A stretch of DNA of 64,000 bases from Eledone cirrhosa (taxonomy: Eukaryota). Below, in pieces: positions 13,435-26,695 of the stretch; the first letter of the stretch is position 1, and the number at the start of each line of letters is the position of its first letter. A model generated the notes under the pieces. The model saw only the letters and a program-made list of their open reading frames with translations, was not told where the DNA came from and ran no database searches. Both the position numbers and the translations under genes were made by a program. The stretch is taken from the NCBI GenBank assembly GCA_964016885.1, contig OZ024740.1:236716001-236780000 (forward strand), read 5' to 3'.

Positions 13435-13945
13435 CATGAGGATCAAAGATGTGTCAGTGTGTCAGTGAAAACCTGGATGTTGTTGCAGAAAAGTGTTCAA
13501 AATGACATCAGTTAACTTAGCATCACTGATGCTCAAAGAAAAGAGGTCTGGGAATGCTATTACAAGAGATTGATGACTGTAGAGAATGAGTGGGAGAAAG
13601 AGAGACTACACCCAACTCACTCAAAAGAGGGACCAACTATTGAAATTGATGGTTATAGGGCCAAAGAAGTAATCAAAGAGATGATAAATGGTAAAGCCTC
13701 TGGTTCATCAGCAGGAATCGATATAGTCACCTGCATAATCAATCAGGTAATACATGATGGGGTCATACCCAATGACTGGCATAGCAGTACATTCATTAGC
13801 TGTTCCCAGGGGAAAAGGTAATGTGTTAGAAAGGTGCAATGACAGGAGTATAAAACTGATAGAACAAGTTATGAAAGTGACAGAAAGAGTTTAGCACAAC
13901 TAATTAGGGAAAGAGTCAAATTAGATGAGATGCAGTTTATTTGCG
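13435..13945 (+). pseudogene. Decayed RTE LINE fragment (pre-RT region)
   Basis: ENEWEKE...KEMINGKASG...GVIPNDWHSS...KG is homologous to 33446-34234. Confidence 0.75.
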
Positions 13946-14149
13946 GAGGATCAATGATGCAGTTTATTTGCAGATGATCAATGCAAACTGACAATGGAAA
14001 TGTGCTCCCACTTGAGTTAGAAGAGAACTATTGACCCTCAGGAAAAGCAGCCACCCCTGATTGTATTCAGCAACCGAAACAAATATGAAGTACACCAAAC
14101 CCAATGTTCCTAGGGGCGGCCCTGGTTCTTCTTATTTGCGAGTGTAAAC

Positions 14150-16880
14150 TCGGCCTGATTAGATTAGATTAGTTTATTTTCGTGTCAGTTAGGGCTAGAT
14201 GAACTTGATGACAGAAGACAACCTGGTAGAGAAGAATGTGGAAGTTGAAAGACCCCACAGCCAATAACAAATATTGAGGTATGTTGCTTGATGCTTTTGA
14301 CAGTAAGGAAGAGCAAATAGACATACAATATAGAAGAACAGTGGGAATTCCTAAAAGATAACCTACTGAAGGCAACAAATGAAATATGTGGCTGGAGCGG
14401 ATCTCTAGGGAGCGTGACTTAGCAGTAGAGTAGTAGGGTGGAGGAGACAATTAAAGCCAAAAGGCAGGCTTGGAAAGAATGGCAGGATGAGGGAAGTAGA
14501 AAACACTATCAAGAGACTAGTAGTCAAGCTAGGTGACAAGTATACCTTGCAAGAAGGGAAGCAGAAAATAAAAAATTTAAGCACATTTTGTAATATGAGG
14601 ATCAAAGGCAGAGGTGTTCAGGATTGCGAGGCAGTGTGTCAGGGAAAATTGTGATGTCATTGAGGAGAAGTGTGTCTGTGATGAAAAGAAAGTAGCCTGG
14701 AAATGCCACTTTGAAAGACTACTAAATGAGGAGAATGAATGGGATGAAGTTAGTTTACCCCAAGTTGATCCAACAGAGGGACCAGATGTGTAAATTAGCA
14801 GTAGTATAGTAAGGCAATCAAGGATATGAAGACAGGCAAGGCAGCTGGACCTTTCGGAATAGTTACTGAGATGCTAAAAGCATCTGGGATGATGGGTCAT
14901 GCCATAGCCACCCATATTGTAAAGCAAGTAATACAAAACAGTGTCATACCCAATGACTGGCATAGCAGCATCATTGTCAACTGTTACAAGCACTAAGGAG
15001 ATGCTCTAGACAGAGAAAACTATAAAGGCATTAAGTTGGTTTACCAGGTCATGATGGTCAGAGAAAGAGTTATTGCACAGCTGATTAGGGACTGAGTTAA
15101 CCTAGATGAAATGCAGTTTGGATTTGTGCCAGGTAAAAGTATCACAGATGCTCTCTTCCTTGTGAGGCAACTGCAGGAGAAGTACCTAGGTAAAAGTAAA
15201 CCCCTCTACTTAGCTTTTGTTGACTTGGAGAAAGCCTTTGATAGAGTCCCTCTTTCCATTATCTGGTGGGCTCTTAGAAAACTAGGAGTAGATGAGTGGC
15301 ATGTGAAGGCTGTAAAAGTCATATATAGAGGAACAGACAACAAGATTAACAATGACTATAGTGAAGAATTTAGTGTGAAGGTAGGTGCCCATCAGGGCTC
15401 TGTGTTTAGCCCTCTCCTGTTTATTCTCGTCCTGCAGGCTATAACAGAAGAGTTTAAAACAGGCTGCCCATGGGAACTTCTGTATTAAAATGAGCTAACC
15501 CTTATAGCTGAATCTATGGCAGAATTAGCAAAGAAATTCCAAACCTCTAAGCATGTCCTAGAATCAAAAGATCTTAAGGTTAACTTGTCAAAGACTAAAG
15601 TCCTAGTATGTAGAAAGGAAAACAGAGCCCAAATTCCCTCAGGGAAATGGCCTTGCTCAGTGTGCAGGAAAACATTATGTAGAAATTCCATCCTATATCC
15701 TAAATGCAAGTTATGGTTACACAAAAGATGGATTGGGATCACAGGCAGGCTATCAAAGAACGTTGGTTTTATATGCAGCTGATGCACAGGTGCAGTAAGT
15801 AGCAAGAGCTTACAGGATACTAGCTCCTTCAAATGCTCTCTGTAGAAATAATCAGTTTCTGTTACCTAGGTGACCGAATTAGAAGTGGAGGAGGGTGTTC
15901 TGAAAGTACAGCAGCCAGAGTAAGAACAGGATAGAGAAAGTTCAGGGAACTACAACTGCTGCTAGCTACAAAAGGTTGTATGATGCATGTATACGAACAG
16001 CCATGTTGCATGGGAGTGAGACCTGGGCGCTGTATGCAGAAGACCTGTGAAGATTGGAAAGAAAGCCTGCATCCTCTGAGGGATGTGCAATAGTAATATA
16101 CATAAATGGCAAAGCATAAATGAACTGAAAGAGAAACTAGGCATAAGAGGGATCAGATGCAGTATGCAGGAGAGAAGATTGCATTGGTATGGCCATGCAA
16201 TGTGTATGAAAGATGACAGCTGTATAAAAAGGTGCAGAGTGCTCAAAGTTGATGGAAGTTAGGGAGTAGGAAAACCTAGGAAGTCTTGGGATGAGGTGAT
16301 AAAGGCTGACCTTGCACAATTGCACCTCACAAAGACGATGACACAGTACCAAGATCTCTGGCGTTATGCAGTAATACAGAAGACTCGCCTTCCCATGTGC
16401 ACAGGCTGAAACATACACCTAGTGTCCACCACCATCGCCTCCATCCCCCTTTCCATACACCTCCCATGTCCTAATACCCACTCATGACCTAACACTCCTT
16501 CTCCTCCCCCAAATTCCCATATCCACACTGTAAAGCGGTTGTTTTTGGTGCCACGACAAAAAGCACCCAGCCCATACTGTAAAGTGGTTGTATTGGTATC
16601 ACAACAAAAAGCACCCAGCCCATACTGTAAAGTGGTTGCGAAGGTGTCATGACAAAATCACCCAGCCCGCACAGTAAATTGGTCATGTAGGTGTCATGAC
16701 ATAAAGCATTCAGCCCACACTGTAAATGTGGTTGGTGTTAGGAAGGGCATCCAGCAATAGAAACTGTGCCAGAAACAATTCTGTATGAGCAAGACACGGA
16801 CACCTAACCCGACTTGCCTGAAATAGGACAACCGGTCTAACCCATGCTAGCATGGAAAATGGACGTTATATGATGATAAT
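14150..16880 (+). mobile_element. Decayed RTE-clade LINE: RT, Cys/His finger, C-terminus, 3' UTR with ~50-bp repeats and (GAT)n-like tail
   Basis: QFGFVPGKS.TDA.F..RQLQEK...AFVDLEKAFDRVP...QGSVFSPLLF...WELLY, with multiple stops and frameshifts. Confidence 0.88.
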
Positions 16881-16903
16881 GATATATATATATATATATA
16901 TAT

Positions 16904-16940
<37 letters not shown>

Positions 16941-16953
16941 TTAATATAGATGA

Positions 16954-17002
16954 GATTCTACAGGACTAGAACTGTTTCATTCTTTAGAAATCATCAGGAA
17001 TC
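16954..17002 (-). ncRNA. Hammerhead ribozyme (fold-back family, inverted arm)
   Basis: Reverse complement of the motif at 17016-17064. Confidence 0.75.
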
Positions 17003-17013
17003 ATCAGGAATCA

Positions 17014-17066
17014 GAGATTCCTGATGATTTCTAAAGAATGAAACAGTTCTAGTCCTGTAGAATCTC
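17014..17066 (+). ncRNA. Type I hammerhead ribozyme (fold-back family)
   Basis: GAGATTC-CTGATGA-T-TTC-TAAA-GAA-T-GAAA-CAG-TTCTAGTC-CTG-TA^GAATCTC. Core is canonical, stem I is 7 bp, stem III is ACAG/CTGT, and the site is GUA. Confidence 0.8.
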
Positions 17067-17764
17067 ATCTATATTAAAACTTTTATACTCTGCTATGTAT
17101 TGAGTACCTTACTTACTGTGGTTACCTCCGATTCAACCCGGAATAACGTATATATATATATATATAATCATTAAGGCCAGTTACTACAACTGTGCCATAC
17201 CAAGAACATACGTTTCATTAGCCTGGAGGGCCAACTTCAACCTGTGCTGAAGGAAATGAACTGGAAAATGTGGCACAGGTTGAATTAGTTAACCCTCCAG
17301 ATTAACAAAAATGTATGATCCTGGTATATCGCTGTTGCAGTAACTGGTATTAATAATTACATTAAAACTTGTCCTACAGACATGAGTTGCTCTATACCTT
17401 AGATATCTTTACCAAGCTGTATATTTATATATACTGTACATTGTGTCCAGTACAGTCTGTAAAGTGGTTGGTAATAGGAAGAGCATTCAGTTATAGAAAA
17501 TGTGCCAAACAAAGAGGACACTTTAGTTATGTCTAAGGCATGACTACCTCTCCAGTGCTGCTGGTGCCATGATAAAATGCACAGTACATTCTGTATAGTG
17601 CTGGAAAGTATGTAAGCAAGATGCACTCCACTACCCATCTAAGAGACTTGGTCTGTCATGATCCATTCAAGCCTTGACAGCGGGGAAAAAGGACTTTAAA
17701 TGATGATGATCACGATCTCTCTCACCTTCTCTTTCTTTCTTTCTTTCTCTCTCTCTTGCTTTAT

Positions 17765-18024
17765 ATCATCATCATCATCAGCATCATCATTTTACGTCCG
17801 CTTTTCCCTGCTTGCAAGGGCGGGACGGGAACTGATTCTGGCTTGATTTCTACAGCTGGATGCCCTTCCTCATTTACAGTGAGTGCTGGGTGCTTTTTTG
17901 CCGTGGCACCTCCACGACCACTTTGCAGTGGAATGATAGGGACCCTAGTCCTATCATCTCATTTCTACAGCTGAGTAAACTGGAGCAATGTGAAATAAAG
18001 TGTCTTGCTCAAGGAAACAACACG
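17765..18024 (-). mobile_element. SINE (CORE-like with RTE-type 3' tail), truncated
   Basis: Near-identical to 35930-36250 and 26400-26695. Confidence 0.7.
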
Positions 18025-18125
18025 TCATGCTGCCAATAAAAACACACGCACCTGTTGGTTTTCACTTAAATTTATTATAAATTTCCAGTTGGTTGGTTTA
18101 ATAATCGGAAGGTTGTTTATATATT

Positions 18126-18168
18126 GTCAAAGCTCTTTCGTCACACATTCTGTGACCTCCTCAGTGAC
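18126..18168 (-). ncRNA. Minimal hammerhead ribozyme motif
   Basis: Minus strand reads GTCA-CTGAGGA-G-GTCACA-GAATG-TGTGAC-GAAA-GAGC-TT-TGAC. Confidence 0.65.
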
Positions 18169-18252
18169 TGATTTCTTATTTTGTGTCTCTCTTTTGTTTT
18201 CCTACACCATCTTGTTTATAGACAGAACAAAGGAGAGACACAAAATAAATAA

Positions 18253-18295
18253 GTCACTGAGGAGGTCACAGAATGTGTGACGAAAGAGCTTTGGC
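18253..18295 (+). ncRNA. Minimal hammerhead ribozyme motif
   Basis: GTCA-CTGAGGA-G-GTCACA-GAATG-TGTGAC-GAAA-GAGC-TT-TGGC; stem I has one G.U pair. Confidence 0.62.
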
Positions 18296-18343
18296 AATAT
18301 ATAAACAACCTTCCGATTATTAAACCAACCAACCAACCGGAAA

Positions 18344-19487
18344 TCTGTATATATATAAAATTAAATATGTGTGTGTGTGTGTGTGTGTCTGTGTGTCTGT
18401 GTATTACCTATAGGGGCCTACATCTTACGACCGATTTTCATGAAACTTTACAGGCTCATAGATTAGTCATCAGGGAGCGTTTTCTATATATCAGCGTATC
18501 GTTTTTTTTTATTCCGGAGTCATTCTGCAGATAAAATTCGATAGGGGGGGGGGGGGGGTCACCTTTTTTTAGGTATCGAAAAATAAGATTTTTGGCTCTA
18601 GCTCCCACATTTTGCCACCGATATCGTTCAAATTTTAAAGCAAATTAGAATTTATCATTGCGCATCCTGTAATGGCTTTATATTTTGCATTTGTTGTTTA
18701 GGGACAGCGTGGCAGCCGCTTAAATATTCAAAAATACCACTTTTAGACTCAAATTTCCACTTTTTCGGCTCTAGCTCCCACATTAATCAACCTACTTTGT
18801 TCAAATTTTACACTACGCTAGATCTGATTATTTCACGTCTTAAAGGGGCTTTACATTTTGGATTTTTTGTTCAGGAATGGCGTGGCAGCCGCTTAAATAT
18901 TCGAAAATACCACCTTTTCGCTCAAATTTCCGCCTTTTCGGCTCTAGCTCCCACATTTTTCAACCGATTTCGTTCAAATTCGAAACTGCGGCTCCACCTC
19001 ACACATAAATCAATTTATTTGGTTCAACTTTTATACTACGATAGAAACTATCATTAGCTCCCACATTTTTCAGCCGATTTCGTTCAAATTCGAAACTTCG
19101 GCTCCACCTCACACACAAATCAATTTATTTGGTTCAACTTTTATACTACGATAGAACCTATCATTGCACATCTTATAGATGGTCAAAGGCAAAACGGTGG
19201 CCACTGACGTCGTCTGAGCTTTTAGTTGTGTATTTGAGAACTCATCGGTTTCCAATCAAGTAGCGTGAGGAAATTTGGCTTAGTGTTAGAGGTCATTATC
19301 TCCCTCCCCCAGCATGCCCTTCGTCAGTCAACCGCGTTTCTCAGTGATAGAGGTTATCATCACCCTCCCCGCATGGCTTGTGTGTGGCCATAGATGAGTC
19401 ATCGAGAAGCAGTCGCTAAGATCAACACCTTTTCATCAAAGCAGATATTATTTTACCTACCCAGGCAACGCTGGGTACTGCTGCTAG
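18344..19487 (+). mobile_element. Non-autonomous Helitron (1144 bp)
   Basis: 5' TC start and 3' CTAG end, with subterminal hairpin TACCCAG-GCAACG-CTGGGTA (19458-19477). Inserted between A and T with no TSD; the opposite arm shows the empty site GGAAA|TTTATAAT. Internal direct repeats (TAGCTCCCACATT x4). Confidence 0.85.
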
Positions 19488-20548
19488 TTTATAATAAATT
19501 GAAGTGAAAACCAACAGGTGCGCATGTTTTTATTGGTAGTATGAACCTCCCAAAGTATAACAATATCTGTTTCAACACACGTTTTCAGATAAGAAATATT
19601 GCAAAACAAATAAAAAAACGAAGTATATATATATATATATATATAGTAATAAGAATATTTATATTTATATATGTTTGATACAACTATAAATATGGAGGGT
19701 AGTACTAAGTACTGGCCCGTTACCGGTATGACAAAAAGCTCAATGTAAATTTTCAAGTGTTTTACAGAGACGAGATAAATGTTCTAAACTAAAATTTGAT
19801 CGTTTTAACACTTGATATATATATATTATATATATATATATATTATATATATATATATAATATATATATATATATAATATATATATATATATATGCATGT
19901 GTGTGTAACAGTTTAATAGTGTAAATTGTCTAACAATGTTAGGAGATGTGCCGCGGTCTCTAATTGGTTTCTTTTGTGACAATTTCTTTCAACAACACAG
20001 TATGTATATATGTTGATTGATGGAAATGTTACATGGTTCCTTCTAGGTCAGAAAATTGAACACGTCACTCTGCTATTACTACTGTTCACAATAACATTAA
20101 CAACAACATTATTAATTATTATTAAAAGTACCAGCAACAGTAGTAGTGGTAGTATAGTAATAGTAGTATAGTGGTGGTAGTAATAGTAGTAGACAAACAG
20201 CAGCAGGAACAGTATAAGCAACAGTAGTAGGCAGACAACACACTGCGACATCACATTATATAAAGATTACACAGCTGCTCTGCCTTCGCTGTTGTAACAG
20301 TATTTCCTTTCCCCTTTTAGTGTGTTGGTCATTGCAACGTCCACTGCCTGGCCTCCATAATCATGTCCTCTTCCCTAACAACTTGTTCATTTTGTCATTG
20401 ATATACGTTATTAACAAAGTGAAACAATAACAATGCGAGACGACGTCGAAAGTTAGAACGAGGAACAGGAGACGACAACTAGTCGCAGTCAGGACATTTT
20501 TTAAAGTTATTTTTTTAATTTATTAGTAAATAATGTCATTTTAGGAGA

Positions 20549-21409
20549 ATGGTAGTGATATCTAAGTTTTTGCCTCAGTCCGGTATTGTTGCTAACCTTA
20601 GTCGTAAACAAGTGGCCCAAAAGGCAACATTGGCTGGCTGTTTACTAATTGCAGCAGCTGTTTATGGAGCCAAGAAATGTCCCAACATTTTAGACAAGGT
20701 CCTACGACGAAAGGGAACCTCTGACATAATTCTGCAGTCGTCTTCACCGACAGACCAAGCTTTTGTAGCCGACAATCAGAAGGAAGAAGAAAGCATTCCA
20801 CGAACGAATCGAACTGTTCTTTCAAAGAAATCTCCTGCTATAAACAAACAGTTTTTTGCTCAAATTCGTTTCTTGTTAAAGATTATAATTCCGGGAATAT
20901 GGACAAAAGAGTTCGGAATACTCTCTTTACATACCTTGTCTTTAATCTGTCGGACATTCCTGACTATCTATGTAGCTTCTCTGGACGGTAAGATCGTGAA
21001 GACAATAGTACAGAAAGATGCCTTCAAGTTCATGTGGCAACTGTCTAAATGGTTGGCCATCTCCATACCTGCCACATTTGTCAACAGTCTTATAAGGTTT
21101 GTGGAGAGCAAGCTTGCTCTCGCCCTTCGTACCCGGTTGGTAGATTATTCCTACCAGAAATATTTCCACAATCAAACTTACTATCGTGTCAGTAACCTGG
21201 ACTCTCGTTTGACCAACGCGGACCAATGCCTTACTGATGATATCAATGTGTTTAGCCAGTCTCTTGCTCACCTCTATTCCCACCTCACCAAACCATTACT
21301 GGACATAGCTATCATGTCTTTCACACTTTATAAACTAGCCAATAGCCGTGGTGCAAGCTCCAAAATACCAACTTTAGTGGCTGCCACTGTCATCTTTGTT
21401 ACAGCTAAA
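20549..21409 (+). CDS. ABCD2: ATP-binding cassette subfamily D member (ABCD1/ABCD2-type peroxisomal fatty acyl-CoA transporter), first coding exon (287 codons, phase-0 donor AAA|GTAAGT)
   Basis: [15 protein letters not shown] matches the peroxisomal targeting segment. Also [67 protein letters not shown] and [16 protein letters not shown]1 and ABCD2 cannot be distinguished; invertebrates usually have a single co-ortholog. Confidence 0.93.
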
Positions 21410-24400
21410 GTAAGTTACACATCTTATTGTTGATAATTTTGTTTTTATATGTTGCAAACATTTGATGGTTGTTTTCGTTTGTTTATTTTTCTCTCGCTTT
21501 GATCATATATTTTTGTACATTATATTTGTGAGGTTCCTAGCAATAATTAATTGTATTATGTATTTATATTTGTGTTTATATCTTCATTCTGTAAGAATTA
21601 TAAATGATTTGTAATATTTATACAACTACGAGTAATAAGTTAATATATATGTATATAAGAAAAAATAAAACAAGAGAGCAGACACGCACACTCAATCACA
21701 CCACAAGGGACATTGGAGTTTACCTCTAATAATTTTTGAGGCAAACCAAACACATTCTTGCATTTCCGCATGTGCTTGGGTATTCTAGCCCTTCGCGGGC
21801 ATCACTATATATTTATTTACGTTCTTTGTTCAAATATCGCCGTTTTCTGTTTTGCCTGTCATCCTTCCGTTGTTGATAAAATAATCAACACTCATGCACT
21901 GGGATTTATTTATTTATACTGCACTTTCTTCTGAAATTGTGTGATATTGTGCCTGTGTTCCAAACCCATTGCCATAAGGAATTCTACGCAGTACTTTGAT
22001 ATCAAGCCTGTTTACATATTTTGAATATATTTATCTGTTGTATTTTGTTCCTCATTTGTAACAATACCAACAACGAAATTTCATTGATTCAACTACATAA
22101 GAGATGCTTACTCACGACGATGGTGATGATAGATCTACCTTTACTTCACTTAGTAGTATGGCCAGGGTATCGGACTTACCAGGCTTTTCCTCGGAATCCA
22201 TTTACAAAAAAAAAAAAAAAAAGCACTAGAAGTAAATAACAATTATTAAAAAAAATCTTCTATAGACACAATATCACATTTTAATAGATAAGATCCAGTT
22301 CATTATTTGATTATATTTAATAGTGTCTGGAAGTATAAAAGTTCACGTACTCCGATTGTATAGGAAGTCCAAATGGAAAGCAACGAAACTAAATTAGCGC
22401 AAATCATTTTATCTGGCATATCATATCGTACATGGCTCTAGTAATCTTGAGATTCCCACTTCACTATATTGTATATGTGAAACCCTACTATTTTAAATTT
22501 TATTTTATAGAACACTCCCCTGGTGTTATTTTCCTTAAGCTATATTGTTCATATACACGATTGTTTTTTTTTCTTTTACCACCCCTCTCCCAGTCATACT
22601 ATGAATACAGAGTAGTCTATGTTTCTATATTCCACAGTATTAACAACACAGAAAAATGTTTTAGGGTCTACATAGATAGAAAACAAACGTTCCGATTTTA
22701 CATTTTCATGTTGAATATTTATTTAATTAAGTAATAGAGATATATCTGTGTATCCTGGGCTAGATTTAATGAGGGCAATTGCCTCGGCGTCCTCACCAGC
22801 GACATCCTAGCAATTTATTTGTGCCCTTTATTTTTAGTTTTATCCGTTTGATAACAAGAACTATATTTTTAACAAAAAGTATTTAATGTCCTTACTGTGG
22901 TAAAATTCATCTATTCTAATAAAAAGAATTTGATGTCGCTGTGTAAAGTGGTTGTGCTGGTATCGCAAAAACAATGCATCCAGTTAAGTCTAAAGTGGTT
23001 ATATTAGGAAGGGCATCCAGCCATAGATACCATGCCAAATATGTAATGTATGAGCAAGATGAGGTCGCTCTGATATGTCTGGTCTCGGACTGTGACAACC
23101 TGTCTAACACATGCCAATGTGGAAAGTGGAAGTAAAATGAGGATGGTTAGATTTAAAAATAAAAAAATTAATATCTCTATATTCTTTTCAATTTCAATTA
23201 CTTGCATCAACCGACTTTGATATGTAAAATTAGGGGTTTGGTGTGTATTGTATTTTTTTGTGTATGCGGGGCTCCCAAAAACCTAAAGTGCACCCCCTCC
23301 CCTTCAAGTCTAAATCCGGTCCTGTGTATGTGTTGAATTTTGATTGCTATGACATTTGTGTTTGTAATTTCAAGCTATCTATATTGTCATCATATTTGTT
23401 TGGGGAAAATGTGAACTTTGGTATTATGTAATTTCATGTACATCGTTTATTTCGATATAATATTTGGGAAAATTTCACACACATAATTGCAGAAATAGGT
23501 TATATTTGACAGTTAGTGATCATATTCTGTCTTGTCCAAGACAAGAAACACTCTTAACACTACATGTCTGATTATAAATAAATATAACTATTCTAGTATT
23601 TATTGTACGAGCTGTCTGCTAATCAAACACATTTCAGTTGATCAACAAACAAATAGCCGCCTATATCCACTATCAATCTATAGTCTTGGTATATTAAATC
23701 ATGTCAGAACATGAAAATGTTCAAAGGTATAACATTTACTGGCAGTTTGTTTCAGGAATCTCTGAAAAAATGATGCCATAGTTTTAATCACCTTCCACCT
23801 CTCACACAACAGGTGGTCACTCCACCAGCTAGAAATAGCAGCCTAATCTCTCTCAAACTATACCTTATAGAAAAGAAAGATACTTTGATAATATGGTCCT
23901 GGGTGCACTATACAAAGAAATGGTATGGCCATAGTCTTCGATCATAGATCTGCTTAATCAGGAATAAACTGGAAACTAAACAGCAACAATAGTCTGTAGA
24001 AATTACATGTTCTTAAGTTATCCGGTTTGATACGATATTATAACAAGCAGCAGATTCACATACTCTGATTTCAGATCATGTTTAGCTAGTTAGGTGGGTG
24101 AGGGGTTACAAAATATAGAATAGTAAATAAAAATGAATCAATAGAAAGTCAGTAAATGAAATTTGTTAAAATAAAAATTTTCTTTTTCTCTAAAGAAAAA
24201 TTAGTTTCCATCACACCATACTAAATTATTTCACAATGCATCTTCATTGTCGTTCAATCTGCTAAAAATAGCATCCAAATCACCCTCATATCACATTCTA
24301 CCATCTTTTTTAAAAAGGTCACATTGGATAATGTAGTCCCAGATACATTGTCTTAAAAATACGGAAACAGACATATAACCACGATTGGAACGCTTTTGAT

Positions 24401-25307
24401 CATCGGTTGCCCCAAATAGGGCTGAGCTGGGACTGAGCAACAGCTTAATCCACAGGATAACCTCTGCCATTTCCTCATCTTTTTTGTTTAATGGTATACC
24501 TGTTGAAACATTTTGGGAAATAGTGGAGTGAGAAACGAAAACAAATACGATATATGGTATCTCCATATATTGTATATGGAAAGAAAACTCCCCTATACTG
24601 TACTGGAAAAAACACATGGAGTGCTTATTTTGCTTAATCATTGATTTAAGTGGATCTATTGTCACAAAATGTGTGATTTCTAACCTTGGAAAGATAATGT
24701 GTGATTTCTAACCTTGGAAAGATGAAAAGCACAGTTGACTCCAATGGAATATGAACTCAAAACATAAAGATATGTTTCTTTATTACTCAAAACATAAAGA
24801 TAATTAACTAAACACTTGATCCTGTCACCTACTGTCCTTTGTGATAATAGTAATCAGATCTTACATAGTCACAAGACCACTGTTTGTATGAGAACTATCA
24901 ATTAAAATATTCCCATTACTTGATTAAAACTTTATTTTATTGATCCCCAAGAAGAATAAACAACAAAAGTGAAGTATTGATGGGATCAAAACATAGATCA
25001 TAAACTGGTGTAACTAAATATGTCAAAATATTGTTCAGTAATATTTATTCTATTATCTTTCATCTTTTTAAAGAAAATGACCTCACTATTTAGTTGACAG
25101 CAGAACAATATACTTATATAATTTCCTTCAACACAACATATTTACTCATTATCAGTAGCCAGAAGATGGTCGAGCTATGTGAGTTCTTAACTGCCAACCT
25201 TTGTTCCCAATCTACAATTTAGTTTATACACTAAACATCACATTACACTGAACACCTCACACTCTGTCACATGGAGCAACTCATTCTAAGTGTTGTATTA
25301 CTCTTAA

Positions 25308-26124
25308 CACTTTACACTAGGTACTGTGTTACACCTGATACTAGGTACCGTGTTACACTATGGTAGGTACTGTGTTACACCTGATGCTAGGTACTGTGTT
25401 ACACTTTATGCTAAGTACCATGTTACACCTGATGCTAGGTACTGTGTTACACTTTACACTAGACACTGTTACACTTTGCACTAGATACTGTGTTACACTT
25501 TACACTAGGTACTGTGTTACACCTGATGCTAGGTACCATGTTACACTTTACACTAGGTACTGTGTTACACTTTATGCTAGGTACTGTGTTACACCTGATG
25601 CTAGGTACCGTGTTACACTTTATGCTAGGTACCATGTTATACTTTACACTAGGTACTGTGTTACACTTTATGCTAGGTACTGTGTTACACCTGATGCTAG
25701 GTACTGTGTTACACTTTATGCTAGGTACCATGTTATACTTTACACTAGGTACCATGTTATACTTTACACTAGGTACTGTGTTACACTTTATGCTAGGTAC
25801 TGTGTTACACCTGATGCTAGGTACCGTGTTACACTTTATGCTAGGTACCATGTTATACTTTACACTAGGTACTGTGTTACACTTTATGCTAGGTACTGTG
25901 TTACACTTTATGCTAGGTACTGTGTTACACCTGATGCTAGGTACCGTGTTACACTTTATGCTAGGTACTGTGTTACACCTGATGCTAGGTACCGTGTTAC
26001 ACTTTATGCTAGGTACTGTGTTACACCTGATGCTAGGCACTGTTACACCTGATGCTAGGTACCATGTTACACTTTACACTAGTAACTGTGTTTCATTTTA
26101 CACTAGGTACTGTGTTACACCCGA
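25308..26124. repeat. 24-bp minisatellite (~34 units), consensus CTAGGTACTGTGTTACAC(CTG/TTT)ATG
   Basis: Read directly; the ORF track shows the matching 8-aa periodicity. Confidence 0.95.
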
Positions 26125-26304
26125 CGCATAACATTCCATATTTAGGTATCTGTGTTCTCACATGTAGACGCACGTCCTTTACCATAGTGTTGTGTCCCTA
26201 AACGAAGTTTATTTGTTACTGAAAACAATTTAGAATACAACCTCATGAGGAAGCTTTCACATGACCACTTTACTTCTCAAATGTATCAGCCAAATCTTTA
26301 GATA

Positions 26305-26695
26305 CTATCATCATCACCGTTTTACGTCCGATCTTCCACGCTAGCATGGGTTAGACGGGGTGTCCTGTTGTGGGCAATGTTAGGTCGGCTGACCTTGTCT
26401 TGCTCACACGGGAACTGATTCTGGCTTGATTTCTATAGCTGGATGCCCTTCCTAACACCAACCTCATTTACAGTGAGTGCTGGGTGCTTTTTTTCCGTGG
26501 CGCCTACACGACCACTTTACAGTGGAATGATAGGGACCGTAGTCCTATCATCTCATTTCTACAGGTGAGTAAATTTGAGCAATGTGAAATAAAGTGTCTT
26601 GCTCAAGGAAACAATACATCACCCGGTCTGAGAATTGAACTCACAACCTTTCGATTGCAAGCCCAATGCTCTAACCACTAAGCCATGTGCCTTCA
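26305..26695 (-). mobile_element. tRNA-derived SINE with RTE-type 3' tail
   Basis: Reversed tRNA-like head at 26620-26695, GTGTCTTGCTCAAGG core, and a tail matching the RTE 3' end (CCCATGCTAGC..GGACGT..(GAT)n). Confidence 0.7.

Larger units (their letters stand above)
16937..17149. mobile_element. Non-coding fold-back element: 66-bp perfect inverted arms (16937-17002 / 17016-17081), each with an HHR, plus a 68-bp tail, inserted in (TA)n
   Basis: The arms are directly reverse-complementary. Same family as 51874-54342. Confidence 0.8.
18025..19623. mobile_element. PLE-terminus-like fold-back element with inverted HHR arms (left 18025-~18195; right ~18225-18343 plus 19488-19623), interrupted by a Helitron
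   Basis: The left arm is the reverse complement of the right arm once 18344-19487 is removed. Confidence 0.75.

Noticed and set aside
19660-19820. Possible PLE tail with AAAACGATCA (HHR 3' half) on the minus strand
   Set aside because: No CUGANGA half is present; too degenerate to call.
21410-21433. ORF track extends the ABCD frame to a stop at 21433
   Set aside because: Homology ends at a strong GTAAGT donor at 21410; the extra codons are intronic.
25360-26131. Repetitive 193-230 aa ORFs
   Set aside because: By-product of the 24-bp minisatellite; no splice or homology support.
26620-26695. tRNA-like sequences here and in other SINE heads
   Set aside because: These are degenerate SINE 5' regions with A/B boxes and no intact cloverleaf; not tRNA genes.
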